A stretch of DNA of 64,000 nt from Spirochaetia bacterium (GTDB lineage: Bacteria > Spirochaetota > Spirochaetia > CADAEX01): assembly GCA_963662795.1 (NCBI GenBank), contig OY759746.1, forward strand, positions 1,120,001-1,184,000. Reading direction: 5' to 3'. The notes below the pieces were generated by a model. The model was not told the origin of the DNA. It saw nothing but the letters and a program-made list of their open reading frames with translations, and did no database searches. The translations under genes and the position numbers were made by a program. Positions within the stretch are counted from its first letter, which is position 1. The number at the start of each line of letters is the position of its first letter. Of this stretch, positions 59,356 through 64,000 are shown piece by piece.

Positions 59356-60324
59356 TCACGGTTTTACACTGCCGAATATTCTGTTTATGATCTTTCTCCA
59401 GAAAGACTCTTCAGAAATAAATCTGTAGGCAATTTCAGAAAATTCAGGACACATCAGATACCCGTAAACCTTATGGGGGTTATTCTTCCCCTTGAAGTGG
59501 TAGTTGTTCTGGACAATATAATCGACAGGCTTTACCCCGTGCAGCGAAGGGGCGAACTCCTTTTCAAGACAGTAGACAAGGGCAATTTTATCGTCAAGGT
59601 CAGACAGGTTGTCCCACCTTTCCCTGATTGATTCAGGCGTTACAGGGCGGCTTTTGCTGTTTATCGCCCTTCCCTGATCTTTCAGTATTTTTTTAATAAC
59701 AACCGGAAGCCCAAGCGGAGAGCCTATTGTAACAAACCGGTCAATACTCTCCCTGTTTCCCATATCCATCAGGGTATCATAGGCAATTATCGAACCCATT
59801 GAATGGGCGACAAGCATTATTTTATATTTTCTGTATTTTCTGAGCTTCTCTACAAGACGTTTTTTAAATTCCTCTTTTGCATCAGCATCCGGATTAATCC
59901 GGCTTTTTCCGCTGTAATATGTATCAAGGTCGGCAAACATCCTTTTAATTGCAATGTCAGCAATCCTGTCTATGCCGGCAATAACATCGCCTTTGATAAA
60001 TAGCAGTTCAAGACCTGATTCTATCGTACGGCTCATTGTCTTTTTAAGACGATCACGGACACTTATCCTTTCACGGGGGCCTTCTTCAGAGCCGGGCTGA
60101 TAGGGAAAAGTAAGATATCGGGGATCATTTTCATCCCCCTCATCAGGGTCCTGCGGCGATTCATAATTAAGGTCAGCCCAGTATACAAGATCAAATCTGA
60201 ATTTCATGCGCTTATAAGCGTTTTTTTCAAACCCTTCCTGTATTGCTTCCTTCCACCATTTTGAGAGCATCTCCCCGGGCGGTTTATTTTTCAGCCCATG
60301 TATTCCGATTATAATTCTCTTCAT
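59356..60324 (-). CDS. Alpha/beta-hydrolase fold protein
   Basis: IHG oxyanion region, AHSMG nucleophile elbow, TIGSPLG, and candidate catalytic D and H. Confidence 0.75.
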   Translation of the reverse strand: MKRIIIGIHGLKNKPPGEMLSKWWKEAIQEGFEKNAYKRMKFRFDLVYWADLNYESPQDPDEGDENDPRYLTFPYQPGSEEGPRERISVRDRLKKTMSRTIESGLELLFIKGDVIAGIDRIADIAIKRMFADLDTYYSGKSRINPDADAKEEFKKRLVEKLRKYRKYKIMLVAHSMGSIIAYDTLMDMGNRESIDRFVTIGSPLGLPVVIKKILKDQGRAINSKSRPVTPESIRERWDNLSDLDDKIALVYCLEKEFAPSLHGVKPVDYIVQNNYHFKGKNNPHKVYGYLMCPEFSEIAYRFISEESFWRKIINRIFGSVKP

Positions 60325-60406
60325 GTTCTTATGTACTCTCTTGTTAAATACTGAACTTTAAATAATAAACAGGGATAACATTATTGTTTACCAAAAATTA
60401 ATATAA

Positions 60407-60438
60407 TAAAAGGGCTGCCAGGATTTTTGACAGCCCCT
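60407..60438 (-). terminator. Terminator after gdhA
   Basis: GGGCTGTCA...TGGCAGCCCTTTT on the minus strand. Confidence 0.65.
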
Positions 60439-60479
60439 CTCTCTTAAATAAGTTTCTTAATTCAGGAAATAATTAAATA

Positions 60480-61814
60480 TCAATATCCCAGATCAAGCAT
60501 TGCGTCTGCGACTTTCTTGAAACCTGCGATATTGGCGCCTTTTACATAGTTTATATAGCCTGAATCTTTTCCTTCCTGTACACATGCGGAGTGTATATTG
60601 ATCATGATTGTTTTGAGTTTTGCATCAACTTCTTCCGCTGACCAGGAATATTTCATTGCGTTCTGGCTCATTTCAAGACCTGATGTCGCAACCCCTCCGG
60701 CGTTGGCGGCTTTTCCGGGAGCAAACGGAATTTTTTTATTTATAAACTCTGTAACAGCATCTGCAGTGCATCCCATGTTTGATGTTTCAACTACATATTT
60801 AACGCCGTTAGCTATAAGAGCCTTTGCATCGGCAAGAGTAAGCTCATTCTGGAAAGCGCATGGAAAAGCCATATCTACTTTTAATTCCCATGGTTTTTTT
60901 CCGGGGAAGAATTTAGCGCCGAATTTTTCTGCATATGGAGCTACAATATCCTTGTTGGACGCCCTAAGCTGAAGCATATAATCCCATTTTTCTTTTGTTG
61001 ATATCCCTTTTTCATCATATACATATCCGTCAGGTCCTGATATCGCAACTACCTTTGCACCAAGCTCAGTTCCCTTTATACATGCTCCCCATGCTACGTT
61101 GCCGAAGCCTGATACTGCGATTGTCTTTCCCTTCATCGTATCCTTGTTTGCCTTAACCATTTCATCTGCAAAGTACATTGTTCCATACCCTGTCGCTTCA
61201 GGTCTTACAAGCGAGCCTCCCCAGTTAATACCTTTTCCTGTAAGAACTCCTGTGTTTTCAACCCTGAGTCTCTTGTACTGGCCGTACATAAACCCGATTT
61301 CCCTTCCGCCTACACCGATATCCCCTGCCGGAACGTCTGTTTCAGGCCCGATGTATTTCTGAAGTTCTGTCATGAATGAGCGGCAGAATCTTAAAATTTC
61401 AGCATCAGATTTTCCCTTGGTATTAAAGTCTGAACCGCCTTTCCCTCCGCCCATGGGCAGTGTTGTAAGGCTGTTTTTAAACATCTGCTCAAAACCGAGG
61501 AATTTAAGGGTTCCGAGTGTTACACTTGGGTGAAACCTGAGTCCTCCCTTATAGGGACCGATGGCATTATTAAACTGAACTCTGTATCCCCTGTTAACCT
61601 GTACTTCACCATTGTCATCTTCCCATTCAACCTTGAAAGAAAAGACCCTGTCCGGCTCTGTAATCCTTTCAAGGATCTTTGCCTTGAGGTAAGCCGGGTT
61701 GTCATTGACAACATCGATTATTGATTCAATTACCTCTTTTGCAGCCTGGATAAATTCCGGTTGGGCTGGATTTTTTCTTTCGAGTTCCGCCATAAATTCA
61801 TCAAGATTATACAT
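60480..61814 (-). CDS. gdhA: NADP-specific glutamate dehydrogenase
   Basis: GPYKGGLRFHP, MGGGKGG, DVPAGDIGVG, RPEATGYG and PGKAANAGGVA. Confidence 0.96.
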   Translation of the reverse strand: MYNLDEFMAELERKNPAQPEFIQAAKEVIESIIDVVNDNPAYLKAKILERITEPDRVFSFKVEWEDDNGEVQVNRGYRVQFNNAIGPYKGGLRFHPSVTLGTLKFLGFEQMFKNSLTTLPMGGGKGGSDFNTKGKSDAEILRFCRSFMTELQKYIGPETDVPAGDIGVGGREIGFMYGQYKRLRVENTGVLTGKGINWGGSLVRPEATGYGTMYFADEMVKANKDTMKGKTIAVSGFGNVAWGACIKGTELGAKVVAISGPDGYVYDEKGISTKEKWDYMLQLRASNKDIVAPYAEKFGAKFFPGKKPWELKVDMAFPCAFQNELTLADAKALIANGVKYVVETSNMGCTADAVTEFINKKIPFAPGKAANAGGVATSGLEMSQNAMKYSWSAEEVDAKLKTIMINIHSACVQEGKDSGYINYVKGANIAGFKKVADAMLDLGY

Positions 61815-61984
61815 TCTAACAGCTCCTTAATTCTGTTTTTGCGATTTAAGTTATTCTTATCACGCAATCTATTACTATATTTAATCCCATTGACAAAACT
61901 GGTCAAGACCTGTCTACCCAACTATGCAGGTTATGAATGATTATTGTTGATATAATTGTTTACTATGTATTATTCTTAATAACG

Positions 61985-64000
61985 ATGAAAAATAATTTTA
62001 CTCTTGTTAATCAGTTCAAGGAAGTCCCGTTTGAAAAAATGATGGGAAAACGGATAAGCGAAATACTTCTCATTTGCAGCCAGTATGATAAATTCATGCT
62101 TGATGAAGACGGCAGAATTGACGATCAGCTGTTTCAGGAATATGTTTCACTCAATTTACGGTATCCGCCCCGCTTTACGCAGGTTTCTACAGAGGAAAAG
62201 GCATTTAAAGAGCTGAATTCAAAAAATTACGATCTTGCAATCACAATGCTGAATTTCAAGGGAACCCGTGTGTTTAATCTCGCGGATAAAATCAAGGATT
62301 TATATCCTGATATCCCGGTTGTAGTATTAAGCCCGTTTTCAAAGAACATATTTCTTCAGATAGAATCCCTTCAAATCATAAAGGCGGACTATGTTTTCTC
62401 ATGGCTCGGGAACGCGAGGCTCCTTCTTGCAATAGTTAAATTGATTGAAGACAAGATGAATGCCGAACATGATGTCGAGACCGGCGGAGTGCAGGTAATT
62501 ATTCTGGTGGAGGATTCAATAAGATATTATTCAAGCTACCTTCCCAATATTTACAGGCTCCTTTTCAAACAGGCGAGGAGAATAATGGAAGAGGGGCTTA
62601 ACGAATATGAACAGAATATGAGAATGAGGGGCCGGCCGAAAATACTCCTTGCAACAACGCTTGATGAGGCTAAAGAACTTTATGAAAAATACAAAAACAA
62701 CGTACTTGGAATTATTTCTGATATAGGATACAAGATCACCCGCCAGAGGGGGGAAAAAGAAGACTCCATGGCAGGACTAAAGCTCTGTAAAATCATAAGG
62801 GAAGACAATGAAGAGGTACCGATCCTTCTCCAGTCCGCCCAGCTTGACCTTAAATCAGAGGCGGAAAAGTACAATGCCTCGTTTATCTATAAGCATTCTG
62901 AGACGCTTCTCAAGGAATTAAGGGACTATATACGGGAAAGCTACGGATTCGGTGATTTTATCTTCAAGGGAATCGACGGAGTTCCTTTTGAAAAAGCAGG
63001 AAACCTGAAGGAATTACAGGAAAAACTGGCAGTCGTTCCAAGCGATGTTGTTTCACATCATATAAAGCAGAACCATTTTTCAAAATGGCTCAGGGCCAGG
63101 GCGCTTTTCTGCCTTGCTGATATTTTCAAGCCTATCCAGATTGCTGATTTCAACAATTCCCTCCCCGCCACAAAAAAACACCTTATTGAAATAATAAGAC
63201 TTTACAGGGAGTATACCGGCAAAGGATCGATAGCAAGTTTTGACAATAAAAGATTTGACGAATTTACCTATTTCTCAAGAATAGGAGACGGATCACTCGG
63301 AGGCAAGGGAAGAGGACTTGCGTTTATAGACTCCATCATAAAAAAGCAGGGTCTTACTTTCAAATTCAAGGAGATACACATCAGAATCCCTAGAACCGTT
63401 GTCATATCAACTTCGGTTTTTGAGGATTTCATGGAACTTAACAATCTCTATGACACAGCTTTTTCCGGAACTGACGACTCTTCCATACTGCACAGCTTCC
63501 TTCACGCAGATCTGCCCGTTTATGTAAAAGAAAACATAAAGGCACTGCTTGAGATAATAACGGTGCCCCTGGCCGTGCGCTCATCAAGCCTTCTTGAAGA
63601 CTCTCTTTACCAGCCTTTCGCCGGCGTCTATGCGACATATATGCTTCCCAATAAAAACAAAGACCTTACAATAAGATGTCTTCAGCTTGAGCAGGCTGTG
63701 AAGAGTGTGTATGCATCAACCTACTTTAAAAAAAGCAAACTCTATATTTCTGCCACAAAAAATGTAATTGATGAAGAAAAAATGGCTGTTATTATTCAGG
63801 AGCTTGCGGGAAAAGAGCACAACAGCAATTTTTACCCCGATTTTTCAGGTGTAGCACGCTCCTATAACTATTATCCGATCGCCAATGAAAAAACAGAGGA
63901 AGGAATTGCCGAAATTGCGCTCGGCCTCGGGAAAACAGTAGTTGACGGAGGGTCAGGATTAAGGTTCAGCCCTTCCCATCCGAAAAAAATCCTGCAGTTT
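61985..64000 (+). CDS. Receiver-domain / PEP-synthase (PPDK_N) like protein, 3'-truncated by window edge
   Basis: Not in the ORF track because it has no stop inside the window. Reads MKNNF...ICSQYDKFMLDEDGRID..., ILVEDSIRYYS, IISDI, GSLGGKGRGLAF, AVRSSSLLEDS and ALGLGKTVVDGG. Confidence 0.85.
   Translation, partial: MKNNFTLVNQFKEVPFEKMMGKRISEILLICSQYDKFMLDEDGRIDDQLFQEYVSLNLRYPPRFTQVSTEEKAFKELNSKNYDLAITMLNFKGTRVFNLADKIKDLYPDIPVVVLSPFSKNIFLQIESLQIIKADYVFSWLGNARLLLAIVKLIEDKMNAEHDVETGGVQVIILVEDSIRYYSSYLPNIYRLLFKQARRIMEEGLNEYEQNMRMRGRPKILLATTLDEAKELYEKYKNNVLGIISDIGYKITRQRGEKEDSMAGLKLCKIIREDNEEVPILLQSAQLDLKSEAEKYNASFIYKHSETLLKELRDYIRESYGFGDFIFKGIDGVPFEKAGNLKELQEKLAVVPSDVVSHHIKQNHFSKWLRARALFCLADIFKPIQIADFNNSLPATKKHLIEIIRLYREYTGKGSIASFDNKRFDEFTYFSRIGDGSLGGKGRGLAFIDSIIKKQGLTFKFKEIHIRIPRTVVISTSVFEDFMELNNLYDTAFSGTDDSSILHSFLHADLPVYVKENIKALLEIITVPLAVRSSSLLEDSLYQPFAGVYATYMLPNKNKDLTIRCLQLEQAVKSVYASTYFKKSKLYISATKNVIDEEKMAVIIQELAGKEHNSNFYPDFSGVARSYNYYPIANEKTEEGIAEIALGLGKTVVDGGSGLRFSPSHPKKILQF

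Noticed and set aside
62680-63638. Short minus-strand ORFs near the right edge
   Set aside because: Antisense to the long plus-strand ORF starting at 61985.
1-64000. CRISPR arrays, tRNA/rRNA, IS elements, prophage, defence systems
   Set aside because: No regularly spaced repeats, cloverleaf or rRNA signatures, or transposase, integrase, phage or defence motifs were seen by eye.

Overview
Gene-dense chromosomal window from a probably anaerobic spirochete-like bacterium. The lineage is inferred from FlgM, an E-DUF2764-A-B-D-I-K V-ATPase operon and several spirochete-type hypotheticals. I see no rRNA, tRNA, CRISPR array or mobile element. Housekeeping genes include rsmI, nadE, a V/A-ATPase with Na+-binding residues, rex-serC-serA, radA, tkt, rpiB, natAB-like genes, gdhA and citrate synthase. 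Two loci stand out. (1) At 4.1-12.5 kb is a phosphate locus. A sigma-54 two-component system, with a recognisable -24/-12 promoter and tandem enhancer-like dyads, sits upstream of two degenerate DUF47/PhoU-like genes and a Na/Pi cotransporter, back-to-back with a DUF47-PiT pair. (2) At 13-20 kb, two tandem citrate-synthase-fold (citryl-CoA-lyase-like) genes both lack the canonical catalytic Asp and lie in a putative operon with a SauS-like CoA-acylating aldehyde dehydrogenase. They are divergent from citrate synthase across two perfect LysR (CcpC-type) boxes. Smaller observations: an unannotated 18-aa membrane peptide gene, a synonymously diverged relic copy of the traB 3' end, a Rex with an altered dinucleotide loop, several apparently leaderless genes, and a large receiver/PEP-synthase-like ORF missing from the ORF track. 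All family assignments come from motif recognition by eye; no database searches were run.
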